Of a DNA stretch of 64,000 nucleotides, positions 18,204-27,706 are shown piece after piece. Positions within the stretch are counted from its first letter, which is position 1, and every line of letters begins with the position of its first letter. The translations under genes were made by a program, and so were the position numbers. Origin of the DNA: Lachnospiraceae bacterium. Lineage in GTDB: Bacteria; Bacillota; Clostridia; Lachnospirales; Lachnospiraceae. Location: NCBI GenBank assembly GCA_900771955.1, contig CAAGPW010000167.1:15951-79950 (forward strand), read 5' to 3'. The notes under the pieces were generated by a model that saw only the letters and a list, made by a program, of their open reading frames with translations, ran no database searches and had not been told where the DNA came from.

Positions 18204-19522
18204 GCCTTTTTCTCCAAATCATACTTCTTCTTATCATCCACACTAATATCCTTACCCAGCTGCACTTCGATCACGCTCAGCTTTGTCTCAGCAATAAGGG
18301 TATGCTTACAGCCTGCCGGCATTGTTACCACGTCTCCGGGGCGAACCATGCGCTGCATGCCGTCTATGATGACACTTCCCATACCGCTCATGACTGTCCA
18401 TACTTCATCTCTATGCTCATGGCTGTGATAATGGAGACTGTGGCCGGGTAACAGTTCTACCTTGATCGTCATGCTGTCATCCTGAACATCCAATACGGTA
18501 AAGCTTCCCCAGGACTTTTCTGCATACATTGCCTGTCCTGCCAGCTTGTCCACGTACGGTTTGATCTGTGCACTCTGCTCCTTATCGGATACCAAGATTC
18601 CGTCCCCGCTGGCGGCAATGACCATGCTCTTGCAGCCCATGCACAGGATCGGGATGTTCAGCTCATTTACCACATGGGTATCCTCACAGGTGTCATTCAG
18701 CGTGGCGTTTCCCACCGCATTGGAACCCATGGCCTCCGTAAAGGTGTTCCAGGTTCCCAGGTCCTTCCATGATCCTTTATAGCGCAGCACCTGAATGCTC
18801 TTCTCCTGTTCAACAACCGCGTAGTCAAAACTGATCTTTTTCTGTTCACCGTAATGCTCATACAGATCCCTGTAATCCTGGAAATCCAGCAGTTCATGTG
18901 CCTTGTCCAGTAAATAGCGCAGTTGGAACGCAAACACGCCGCCGTTCCACAGCGCTCCCTGCGCAAGGTAGCCCTTCGCTGTCTCCACATCCGGCTTCTC
19001 CTTGAAGGTGCTCACGCGGCTGACCTCTTCCTTGGATTCCGGGATGATATAGCCGTATTTCTCACTGGGATAGGTCGGCTCCACCCCTAACAGGCTCATG
19101 TTCGCTCCTCCCTGCGCTGCAAGGTCTGACAGTTCCTTCAGTGCCTCAAAATAGGAATCTTCCACATAGGGATCCACCGGACATACCACCACCGGTTCCT
19201 CCGGGCGTACTCCCTTTTCATCATGCAGATAGGCTGCTGCCAGGCAGATGGCCGGGAAGGTATCCCTGCGGTCCGGTTCCACGCAGACGTTTACTTTATT
19301 TTCCAGCTGGTTCAAGATCATGCTGACCTGCTTTTTTCCGGTGGCGATGGTCACCTGCGCATCCGCATCCACCGTGGTGATCTGACGGTACACGCGCTGT
19401 ACCATGGACTCCAAGCCGCCATCCTCACCCTGCAGTACCTTGATGAACTGCTTGGATCTTACATTGTTGGACAGGGGCCACAGCCTCTGGCCGGATCCCC
19501 CTGATAACAAGATGATGTTCAT
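18194..19522 (-). CDS. manC: Mannose-1-phosphate guanylyltransferase / mannose-6-phosphate isomerase (nucleotidyltransferase plus cupin).
   Basis: MNIILLSGGSGQRLWPLS. C-terminal cupin HSHEHRDEVWTV. RBS GAGGAAAC lies upstream of the ATG at 19522. The ORF track extends further 5' but overlaps the neighbouring gene. Confidence 0.8.
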   Translation of the reverse strand: MNIILLSGGSGQRLWPLSNNVRSKQFIKVLQGEDGGLESMVQRVYRQITTVDADAQVTIATGKKQVSMILNQLENKVNVCVEPDRRDTFPAICLAAAYLHDEKGVRPEEPVVVCPVDPYVEDSYFEALKELSDLAAQGGANMSLLGVEPTYPSEKYGYIIPESKEEVSRVSTFKEKPDVETAKGYLAQGALWNGGVFAFQLRYLLDKAHELLDFQDYRDLYEHYGEQKKISFDYAVVEQEKSIQVLRYKGSWKDLGTWNTFTEAMGSNAVGNATLNDTCEDTHVVNELNIPILCMGCKSMVIAASGDGILVSDKEQSAQIKPYVDKLAGQAMYAEKSWGSFTVLDVQDDSMTIKVELLPGHSLHYHSHEHRDEVWTVMSGMGSVIIDGMQRMVRPGDVVTMPAGCKHTLIAETKLSVIEVQLGKDISVDDKKKYDLEKKAWK

Positions 19523-19559
19523 ATCGTTTGTTTCCTCGCTTCCTTTTTCTGTGTTCTGC

Positions 19560-20450
19560 CTAGCTGCGGATCCAGGCCGCCCATTTGGCACGGTATTCTT
19601 CCGCTGACATTCCCTCGTTGTCACGGAACATCTGCTGCATGGAGATCTGGTCCCCGATGCCGGATTCTTCCGCCACCTCCCCGATGGGCTTTATGCTGAA
19701 CCGCAGAAGCTCCTTCGCCGCATTGAACCGGCGGTTGCTGATGTATTCTTCCAGCGTGATCCCGAAGTATCGGCGGAATCTGTTGTTCAGGTCCTCCTCA
19801 GGCATCCCGAATCTCTGCTCCAGTTCCTTTAACACTCCGGCATCTGCATAGCTCGCATTGGCCTGCTCCCGGATCGCATTGGCTGTTGCCTTCTCCTCTT
19901 CACTGGCCGCGGCATCCAGATCCGCCACGCTCCCGATCACCTGATTCAGCAGGTGCTGCAGCAGTTCCCCGCAGTACAGCTCCGCCTGCAGGTTCCTTTC
20001 CTTCTGTCTGGCTAACAGCTTCCCTATCAGCTCCTCCCATTTTCCGGTGTCCGGTACGGTGAATACATTTTCCTCTTTATTGTATTTCAGGAACAGCTCG
20101 TAGTAGCCTCTGGCACTTCTTCCGTTAAAGTGCACCCAGCCTAACTTCCACGCCTCCTGTTCATCACTGATGTGTTCAAAATGCTCCATGCAGTCGATCA
20201 GGGCACAGTCTCCCTTCTGCACCTGGTAATGTTTTCCCTTCACATCCAGGCTTCCTCTGCCTTCCAGCACGATCAGGAACAGGAAGGAATCCAGGTTCTC
20301 ACGCACACACCGGTGGGGCTGTATGCTCTTAAGCTTTCCTACCTCCTGCACATACAGAAGATTCTCTTTGGCAAAGGTCCCCGGGGTATGCAGGCAGCGA
20401 TCCGACTGGGACATTCCTCCTGCCGCAAACAGGCTCTCTTTCTTGATCAT
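19560..20450 (-). CDS. AraC-family transcriptional regulator (N-terminal cupin sensor, C-terminal double HTH).
   Basis: C-terminal segment RYFGITLEEYISNRRFNAAKELLRFSIKPIGEVAEESG. Confidence 0.75.
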   Translation of the reverse strand: MIKKESLFAAGGMSQSDRCLHTPGTFAKENLLYVQEVGKLKSIQPHRCVRENLDSFLFLIVLEGRGSLDVKGKHYQVQKGDCALIDCMEHFEHISDEQEAWKLGWVHFNGRSARGYYELFLKYNKEENVFTVPDTGKWEELIGKLLARQKERNLQAELYCGELLQHLLNQVIGSVADLDAAASEEEKATANAIREQANASYADAGVLKELEQRFGMPEEDLNNRFRRYFGITLEEYISNRRFNAAKELLRFSIKPIGEVAEESGIGDQISMQQMFRDNEGMSAEEYRAKWAAWIRS

Positions 20451-20452
20451 AA

Positions 20453-21403
20453 TTATTCTACCTCCTGTAAATGGGCTCGCCAGTAATCCAGTGTCTCGCG
20501 GATCGTCTGTTCAATGGGGATCTCCGGCTTCCATCCGGTCAGCGCATGGATCTTGGAGATATCCGCCTCGATGATCGGCACATCCACAGGGCGCAGCTTG
20601 TTGGGGTCAGTCTCCACCTGTACCTCGGCATCCGACATGGAGATGATCCGGTCCAGAATGGAGCGGATCTCCTGGGCATTGCCGCTTCCGATGTTATAGG
20701 TCTCTCCCGGAACCCCCGTCTGCACCAGCATCACATAGGCCCTTACCACGTCACGGACATCGGTGAAATCCCTCTTTGCCGCCAGGTTTCCGACTTTCAT
20801 CACTGGCTCCCTCAGTCCCTTTTCGATCTCTACCACCTGTTTGCAGAAATCCGATACCACAAACATCGGGGCCTGTCCCGGACCGATATGGTTGAACGCC
20901 CGGACCATGATCAGTTCCATGTCGTATGCCTTGGAATAGATGCTTCCGATCATGTTCTGGCAGGCCTTGGTCGCCGCATAGATATTGCCCGGACGCAGCA
21001 GGTTCGTCTCCACAATGGGCGTCTCTCCCGGCTGGATATGGCCGTATTCCTCGCCGGAGCCGATCAGCAGGACTCTAGGCTTGTAATACAGTTCCCGGAC
21101 CGCATCCATCACGTTCAGGCTTCCCTTGATATTTACATCCACCGTAAGTCCCGGTTTTTTCCATGCCAGGCCCACAGAGCTCTGCGCTGCCAGATGGAAG
21201 ATAAAGTCCGGACGGATCTCAAACAGCAGCGCCGTCACTGCATCCTTATCCATGATGTCCAGGTCGTATACCTTTGCCGGAACCTCTTCCAGTGTCTCAT
21301 GGGGCAGCTTGGTCGCATATGCCTCGATATCATTTGCCACCATTTCCCGGATCAGATATTTTCCCACAAATCCCGCTGCACCGATCACTAAACCTTTTTT
21401 CAT
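20453..21403 (-). CDS. NAD-dependent epimerase/dehydratase, most likely a GDP-4-keto-6-deoxy-D-mannose reductase (Rmd-like) or GDP-fucose synthase.
   Basis: GAAGFVGKYL Rossmann motif. YAATK catalytic YxxxK. Immediately downstream of gmd in the same orientation. Confidence 0.6.
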   Translation of the reverse strand: MKKGLVIGAAGFVGKYLIREMVANDIEAYATKLPHETLEEVPAKVYDLDIMDKDAVTALLFEIRPDFIFHLAAQSSVGLAWKKPGLTVDVNIKGSLNVMDAVRELYYKPRVLLIGSGEEYGHIQPGETPIVETNLLRPGNIYAATKACQNMIGSIYSKAYDMELIMVRAFNHIGPGQAPMFVVSDFCKQVVEIEKGLREPVMKVGNLAAKRDFTDVRDVVRAYVMLVQTGVPGETYNIGSGNAQEIRSILDRIISMSDAEVQVETDPNKLRPVDVPIIEADISKIHALTGWKPEIPIEQTIRETLDYWRAHLQEVE

Positions 21404-21478
21404 ATTTTACCCTCTTACCGAAAAGGGGACTCCGCAACAGAATCCCCTCATTTTCGCTTATGCAATTCCTATTCTGCC

Positions 21479-22528
21479 TTATGTCGCAGCCTTCATAGCC
21501 TTTTCCTGTTTTGCACGTACTCTGTCATGCTTTGCCATGATCTCTACCAGTTCCGCATAGGTCGTCTTCTGCGGATTCCATCCCAGAACTGATTTCGCCT
21601 TCGTCGGATCTCCCCACAAATTATCCACATCCGTAGGCCGGAACCATTCCGGATTCACACATACCAGCATCCTGCCGGTAGCCTTATCATAGCCCTTTTC
21701 ATTGACACCGCTGCCTTCCCAGCGGATCTCGATGCCATTGGCACGGAAAGCACGCTCTGTAAAGTCTCTCACAGAATGCTGTTCTCCGGTAGCAATTACA
21801 AAATCCTCCGGTGTATCATGCTGTAAGATCATCCACATGCACTCTACATAATCCTTCGCATACCCCCAGTCACGCAGGGAATCCATGTTGCCCAGCTCCA
21901 GATGGTCCTGCAGGCCTTCCGCAATGCGTCCGGCTGCCAGAGTGATCTTTCTGGTAACGAAGTTCTCTCCGCGTCTCTCGGACTCATGGTTAAAGAGGAT
22001 ACCGTTTACTGCGAACATGCCATAGGCCTCGCGGTATTCCTTGGTGATCCAGAAGCCGTACTGCTTGGCTACCGCATAGGGGCTGTAGGGATGGAACGGG
22101 GTAGTCTCTCTCTGGGGCACTTCCTCCACCTTGCCATACAGTTCTGAAGTAGATGCCTGATAGAATTTGGTGTGTTCTGCCAGTCCCAGCATGCGGACTG
22201 CTTCCAGAATTCTCAGTACACCGATGGCATCCACATCTCCGGAATACTCCGGTACATCGAAGGATACCTGCACATGGGACTGTGCTGCCAGATTATATAT
22301 CTCATCCGGTCTTACCTGCGCCACAATGTTCGTAATGGACGCTGTGTCTGACAGATCTCCGTCATGGAGAGTGATGGCGCCGCGGGCAATGAGGTGGTCG
22401 ATACGTGCCGTGTTGGAAATAGATGCTCGGCGGGTGATTCCATGAACCTCATATCCCTTCTCCAGCAGAAACTCTGCCAGATAAGAACCATCCTGTCCTG
22501 TAATACCTGTAATAAGTGCTTTCTTCAT
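21479..22528 (-). CDS. gmd: GDP-mannose 4,6-dehydratase.
   Basis: [31 protein letters not shown] and the rest of the sequence are a canonical Gmd. Confidence 0.9.
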   Translation of the reverse strand: MKKALITGITGQDGSYLAEFLLEKGYEVHGITRRASISNTARIDHLIARGAITLHDGDLSDTASITNIVAQVRPDEIYNLAAQSHVQVSFDVPEYSGDVDAIGVLRILEAVRMLGLAEHTKFYQASTSELYGKVEEVPQRETTPFHPYSPYAVAKQYGFWITKEYREAYGMFAVNGILFNHESERRGENFVTRKITLAAGRIAEGLQDHLELGNMDSLRDWGYAKDYVECMWMILQHDTPEDFVIATGEQHSVRDFTERAFRANGIEIRWEGSGVNEKGYDKATGRMLVCVNPEWFRPTDVDNLWGDPTKAKSVLGWNPQKTTYAELVEIMAKHDRVRAKQEKAMKAAT

Positions 22529-22628
22529 TTCAATCTCCGATCTGCTTATATATCACTTGAAAATAATACTCTTGCTTAAAATAATAACCTATTTTAAGTA
22601 ATATGGCAAGATTGAGCTTGCAAAAAAC

Positions 22629-24080
22629 CTATTCCAATCCATAGCTTTTTACAATTACCTGGAATTCCACAGATCTGGAGAAGCCCTCCAATACGGTCAT
22701 ACGATCCATACCGGCATCAAGGTTTCCTACCCAGTAGGCTTTTCCGGCGGCATCGGAAGCACGGTCCATAAAGGTCTGGTACAGTGTTTCCACATAATCG
22801 CTGTTGTTCAGCCTGCGGTTGATGAATTCCTCGGACTGGAAGAAGTTCTTCGCTGCATCCTCCGGTGTGATCTCCTTGTTGGCAATCCGTCTGGACCAGT
22901 AGGTGATTCCATCTTCTTCACCCTCTCTGTTCAGTGCCTTGTTATACAGACGCTTTACAAAATTACGGATTCCTTCGGTGATCCGGGGAACTGCTGTCTC
23001 TCCGTTGGTATCCATCGTGCCACGGATAATACCGTATCTGTTGCACAGATTGGTAAACTCCTCAGAATTTACAAATCCACAGAGTACAAAGTGTCTGGAA
23101 TTACCGCTCTCCAATGCTTCCATCCAGTCATTCTTTCCGGATTCGTCCGGTTCTCTGTCAAAAAAAGTACGATATAAGGTATCTACATACTCGCTGTTAC
23201 CGAGCTTTCGTGCAGCAAACTCATCACTTTCAATAAATCCGTTGGAAATACCGGCTCCATCGCAGAGTCCCAGAAGCAGGCGGTTGGTCCAGTCATGCAG
23301 TCCTTTTGCTTCTGCCTGACGTCCCAGTGCCTTACTGTACATTCTGCCCACAAAACCCTCTACATTATCCACATCCGCGCTGAAGGAATAAAACGTTGTA
23401 TTTCCGTTGTTCGTAACATACCAGGTAACACGGTTGTTGATGATCTCCGGCTTACAATCGGAAAGCTGGCCTTTGATCTGCTGCACATCTCCCAACAGAT
23501 TGCCGTTTCCGTCTACAAATGCCACCTTCACAACCTGATGATCATCTTCATTAAAATAGTAAGAGCCCTCTTTCACAGCCTCCTCCCAGAGGATCGCATA
23601 GTAGTCATCCGCTACCTTCACAAGCTGCGTATTCGATGCACTGTAAATACCACCTTCCTGATATTGTGAGATCAGATGATAGTTCATACTGCTGTCATCC
23701 AACTGGTCTTTGGGAACTGTTATAGTCAGACGATTTCCACTTTTGTCATACAGAGTTACCAACACTTCCAATCCACCGGTATAGTCTACGGTATAATAAG
23801 TGCCATTCTCTCCCGCTACAATATAAGATGTAACTACAGTTGCACAGACTCCACTGTAATTCTGTGCATGTGCATTGTCACCATTATAGTTTCTGCCATA
23901 GACAAGATTCTCCTCTGTCTCCAACGTTTCTGTACTTTCATAGGGAATACTGCCATCTTCGGCTGCCGTAACCGCTGCATGCACCTGTCCCAGTGATCCT
24001 GCCGGAAGCAGTCCCACAATCAGAGTTGCGGTCATTACACCTGCGATTCTGCTGCTGTTTTTTAACCATTTTCTCCTCAT
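22629..24080 (-). CDS. Secreted protein with an N-terminal domain of unknown function and two C-terminal DUF4214-like repeat units.
   Basis: Signal peptide. C-terminal repeats of type FVKRLYNKALNREGEEDGITYW...FQSEEF / YVETLYQTFMDRASDAAGKAYW...FSRSVEF. Confidence 0.6.
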   Translation of the reverse strand: MRRKWLKNSSRIAGVMTATLIVGLLPAGSLGQVHAAVTAAEDGSIPYESTETLETEENLVYGRNYNGDNAHAQNYSGVCATVVTSYIVAGENGTYYTVDYTGGLEVLVTLYDKSGNRLTITVPKDQLDDSSMNYHLISQYQEGGIYSASNTQLVKVADDYYAILWEEAVKEGSYYFNEDDHQVVKVAFVDGNGNLLGDVQQIKGQLSDCKPEIINNRVTWYVTNNGNTTFYSFSADVDNVEGFVGRMYSKALGRQAEAKGLHDWTNRLLLGLCDGAGISNGFIESDEFAARKLGNSEYVDTLYRTFFDREPDESGKNDWMEALESGNSRHFVLCGFVNSEEFTNLCNRYGIIRGTMDTNGETAVPRITEGIRNFVKRLYNKALNREGEEDGITYWSRRIANKEITPEDAAKNFFQSEEFINRRLNNSDYVETLYQTFMDRASDAAGKAYWVGNLDAGMDRMTVLEGFSRSVEFQVIVKSYGLE

Positions 24081-24393
24081 TTTCGTAAGCGCCAAATATT
24101 CCCGTGGCTAGCCAAAAACCCCCTCTAAAAAATACACTTTTCATTGCCTGCGCCATACCTTTGCCACCAGATGTATTGCTCATGGACTCAATTATAAGGT
24201 CGTCAGCGAACTTCTGGGACACAGCACGATCAATATTACTTTGAATATGTATGTTCATCCACAGATGTCTGAAAAATAAAAGTGCATTGAAACGATATAT
24301 ATGGAATAGATGGAAATATACAAATATATGGAAAAATATGGTATATTATGAAAAAACTGTTGTCGAAATAAAGTCGCAATTTTCTGTCAAATA

Positions 24394-24423
24394 TTGACAT
24401 TAGAATTATGCTGAAGGTATAAT
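24394..24423 (+). promoter_or_regulatory. Sigma-A type promoter for the rfbFGH-wzx-glf operon.
   Basis: TTGACA (24394-24399), an 18-nt spacer, then TATAAT (24418-24423). Strong RBS GGAGGAAACAA before the ATG at 24488. Confidence 0.45.
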
Positions 24424-24487
24424 ACAAGGAGCTAATCTTTAATCATCAAGAACAAAGTTCTTACAAATACACTTACGGAGGAAACAA

Positions 24488-25267
24488 ATGAAAGTAGTTG
24501 TGTTAGCAGGGGGATATGGTACCCGCATCAGTGAAGAAAGTCAATTCAAACCCAAGCCTATGATCGAGATCGGCGGAAAGCCTATCCTGTGGCATATCAT
24601 GAAGGAATACTCCTCCTATGGTTTTGATGAATTTATTATTTGTGCCGGTTACAAACAGCACTACATTAAAGAATGGTTTGCTGATTATTACCTATATAAC
24701 AGTGATGTAACATTTGATTTCACGAACAAAAACAGAATGACCATCCACAATAATGTGTCCGAACCCTGGAAAGTAACCATTGTCGATACCGGATTGAATA
24801 CCATGACCGGCGGTCGTATCAAGCGGATTCAGCCCTATGTTGGAAATGAAGATTTCCTGTTAACTTACGGTGATGGTGTTGCTGATGTGAATATTGCTAA
24901 AACGGTAGAGTTCCACAAGCAGCATGGGAAAATAGCAACCCTGACTGCCGTTCATGTGGAACAGCGATTTGGCGTATTGGATATCGACAGAGAAGACCTG
25001 ACAGTTAAGGCTTTCCGTGAAAAATCCATAGCGGACGGTTCCCGAATCAATGCCGGATATATGGTATTAAAACCGGAGGTTTTCAACTATATCGAGGGAG
25101 ACAGCACAGTATTTGAGCAGGAGCCTCTTCGCAGACTGGCAGAGGAAGGCCAGTTGAAGGCGTACAAACATAACGGCTACTGGCAGTGCATGGATACCAA
25201 ACGTGAAATGGAGAAGCTGGAAGAACTCTGGGCTTCCGGTAAGGCTCCCTGGAAAACATGGGAATAA
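24488..25267 (+). CDS. rfbF: Glucose-1-phosphate cytidylyltransferase.
   Basis: MKVVVLAGGYGTRISEESQFKPKPMIEIGGKPILWHIM is canonical RfbF/DdhA. Confidence 0.85.
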   Translation: MKVVVLAGGYGTRISEESQFKPKPMIEIGGKPILWHIMKEYSSYGFDEFIICAGYKQHYIKEWFADYYLYNSDVTFDFTNKNRMTIHNNVSEPWKVTIVDTGLNTMTGGRIKRIQPYVGNEDFLLTYGDGVADVNIAKTVEFHKQHGKIATLTAVHVEQRFGVLDIDREDLTVKAFREKSIADGSRINAGYMVLKPEVFNYIEGDSTVFEQEPLRRLAEEGQLKAYKHNGYWQCMDTKREMEKLEELWASGKAPWKTWE

Positions 25268-25279
25268 GGGGAAAGTGAC

Positions 25280-26332
25280 ATGGATTTGGAATTTTTCAAA
25301 GGTAAAAAAGTGTTGGTCACGGGACATACAGGATTCAAAGGATCCTGGCTGTCTCTGATCCTCAGCAATGCCGGTGCGGAGGTAACAGGGTATTCCCTGG
25401 AGCCTCCTACTTCGCCGTCTCTTTTTGCGTTATGCGGTTTAGCCTCCCGTATGCATTCCGTTATCGGAGATATCCGGGATCTGGAACATCTGAAACAGGT
25501 CTTTGCCGAGGTACAGCCGGAGATCGTACTGCATCTTGCGGCACAGCCAATCGTACGGGACTCCTATAAAGACCCGGTCTACACCTATGAGACGAATGTC
25601 ATGGGAACCGTCAACATTTGTGAATGTGTCCGTCTGAATCCCTGCGTGAAATCCTTCCTGAATGTAACAACGGATAAGGTATATCACAACAACGAATGGG
25701 AATGGGGCTATCGTGAGAATGAACCGTTGGATGGCTTTGATCCCTATTCTAACAGTAAATCCTGTTCGGAGCTGGTGACCCACAGCTATATCAATTCTTT
25801 CTTTAATGATATGGATGTCGCAGTGTCTACTGCCCGTGCAGGTAATGTTATAGGCGGCGGTGATTTTGCAAATGACCGCATTATTCCGGATTGTGTTCGC
25901 GCGGCTATCGATCATAAAGATATCATTGTCCGGAACCCACATTCCACGAGACCTTACCAGCATGTGCTGGAGCCTCTTGCCATTTACCTGACAATCGCAC
26001 AGGCGCAGTATGAGGATAAATCCAGGGCAGGATTCTACAATGTAGGACCGGATGACTGCGATTGTGTTACTACAGGGAAGTTGGTAGATTTGTTCTGTGA
26101 AAAATGGGGAGAAGACATTCGATGGGTCAACCGTTACGACGGAGGTCCTCACGAGGCGAACTTCCTGAAACTGGATTGCTCCAAGATCAAGAGAACCTTT
26201 GGATGGACTCCCCGCTGGGGCGTGGCAGATGCCGTGGAAAAGACCGTGGAGTGGTCCAAGGTCTATCGTGATGGCGGCGATATCACAGCATGTATGGAAC
26301 AGCAGATTGCAGAATTTTTTGAAAGGAATTAA
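25280..26332 (+). CDS. rfbG: CDP-glucose 4,6-dehydratase.
   Basis: KKVLVTGHTGFKGSWLSLIL, and YSNSKSCSE containing the catalytic YxxxK. Confidence 0.85.
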   Translation: MDLEFFKGKKVLVTGHTGFKGSWLSLILSNAGAEVTGYSLEPPTSPSLFALCGLASRMHSVIGDIRDLEHLKQVFAEVQPEIVLHLAAQPIVRDSYKDPVYTYETNVMGTVNICECVRLNPCVKSFLNVTTDKVYHNNEWEWGYRENEPLDGFDPYSNSKSCSELVTHSYINSFFNDMDVAVSTARAGNVIGGGDFANDRIIPDCVRAAIDHKDIIVRNPHSTRPYQHVLEPLAIYLTIAQAQYEDKSRAGFYNVGPDDCDCVTTGKLVDLFCEKWGEDIRWVNRYDGGPHEANFLKLDCSKIKRTFGWTPRWGVADAVEKTVEWSKVYRDGGDITACMEQQIAEFFERN

Positions 26333-26338
26333 ACAAAG

Positions 26339-27694
26339 ATGAATAACAGATGGAACAATGAAGCAGAAGCCCGGGAACAGATCAAGGGACTGGTAGCAGA
26401 ATATTATAACGATTTTAAGAAGCCGGAGCAGGAAAAGCCTTTTCAGCCGGGAGACAGACTCTCTTATGCAAGCCGTGTCTATGATGAAAAGGAAATGTGC
26501 TCGCTGGTAGATGCAGCGCTGGATTTCTGGCTGACGACCGGTCGGTTTTCCGATGAATTTGAGAAAAAGTTTGCCGAATGGATCGGCGTGAAATATGCAA
26601 ATCTTGTCAATAGTGGATCTTCTGCCAACCTGATCGCATTTATGACACTGACGGCACAGGAACTGGGCGATCGTCAGATCAAAAAGGGTGATGAAATTAT
26701 CACCGTAGCAGCAGGATTTCCAACCACCATCACTCCGGCATTGCAGTATGGTGCAGTACCGGTATTCGTGGATGTGACAGTGCCGCAGTACAACATTGAT
26801 GTGACCAGACTGGAAGCAGCACTCAGTCCCAAGACCAAGGCAGTTATGATCGCACATACATTAGGCAATCCCTTTGACCTGAAAGAAGTAAAAGCCTTCT
26901 GCGATAAGCATAATCTGTGGCTTGTTGAGGACAACTGTGATGCGCTGGGCACAAAATACACCATTGACGGCGAGACCAGATTTACCGGTACCTGGGGAGA
27001 TATCGGTACTTCCAGCTTCTATCCCCCTCATCATATGACCATGGGAGAAGGCGGATGTGTTTATACTAACAGCCCGCTGCTGAATCGTCTGATCAAGAGC
27101 TTCCGTGACTGGGGCCGCGACTGTGTATGTCCTTCCGGACGGGATAATCTGTGCGGACATCGTTTCGATGGACAGTTTGGTGAACTGCCTCAGGGCTATG
27201 ATCACAAATATGTCTACAGCCATTTCGGATATAATCTGAAAGTGACCGACATGCAGGCTGCAGTCGGCGTGGAACAGCTCAAGAAGTTCCCCTCCTTTAT
27301 CGAAGCCCGCAGACATAACTGGGCAAGACTGCGTGCAGCACTGGAGCCTGTAGCAGACAAGTTGATTCTGCCGGAGCCTGCTGAGAACAGCGAGCCTTCC
27401 TGGTTTGGCTTTATCGTCAGCGTAAAGCCGGAAAGCGGTCTTACCAGAAATCAGGTAACCAGATATATAGAAGATCACAATATTCAGACCCGACTGCTGT
27501 TCAGCGGCAACCTGATCAAGCACCCCTGCTTTGACCAGATTCGTGGCACAGAGGCTTACCGCGTTGTAGGAGGTCTGGAACAGACAGATTACATTATGAA
27601 CAATTCCTTCTGGGTAGGAGTATATCCCGGAATGACCGATGAAAAGATCGATTATATGGCACAGATCATTACAGAGGCTGTAAACGGAAAATAA
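26339..27694 (+). CDS. rfbH: CDP-4-keto-6-deoxy-D-glucose 3-dehydrase (E1, PMP-dependent, DegT-family with an Fe-S cysteine motif).
   Basis: DegT/DnrJ-type fold. Cys-rich CVCPSGRDNLCGHRF segment typical of RfbH/DdhC. Confidence 0.75.
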   Translation: MNNRWNNEAEAREQIKGLVAEYYNDFKKPEQEKPFQPGDRLSYASRVYDEKEMCSLVDAALDFWLTTGRFSDEFEKKFAEWIGVKYANLVNSGSSANLIAFMTLTAQELGDRQIKKGDEIITVAAGFPTTITPALQYGAVPVFVDVTVPQYNIDVTRLEAALSPKTKAVMIAHTLGNPFDLKEVKAFCDKHNLWLVEDNCDALGTKYTIDGETRFTGTWGDIGTSSFYPPHHMTMGEGGCVYTNSPLLNRLIKSFRDWGRDCVCPSGRDNLCGHRFDGQFGELPQGYDHKYVYSHFGYNLKVTDMQAAVGVEQLKKFPSFIEARRHNWARLRAALEPVADKLILPEPAENSEPSWFGFIVSVKPESGLTRNQVTRYIEDHNIQTRLLFSGNLIKHPCFDQIRGTEAYRVVGGLEQTDYIMNNSFWVGVYPGMTDEKIDYMAQIITEAVNGK

Positions 27695-27706
27695 ACACAA
27701 AAGAAA

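Noticed and set aside
18194-19624. Longer N-terminal extension of manC (MTTRECQRK...) in the ORF track.
   Set aside because: The extension overlaps the AraC gene end and lacks an RBS. The internal ATG at 19522 has a good RBS and gives the canonical MNIILLSGGSG N-terminus.
20471-21391. 306-aa plus-strand ORF antisense to the rmd-like gene.
   Set aside because: His/Arg-rich antisense artefact. The sense strand has clear SDR motifs.
24236-24427. 63-aa minus-strand ORF in the rfbF promoter region.
   Set aside because: AT-rich intergenic region with promoter elements. No RBS and low-complexity product.
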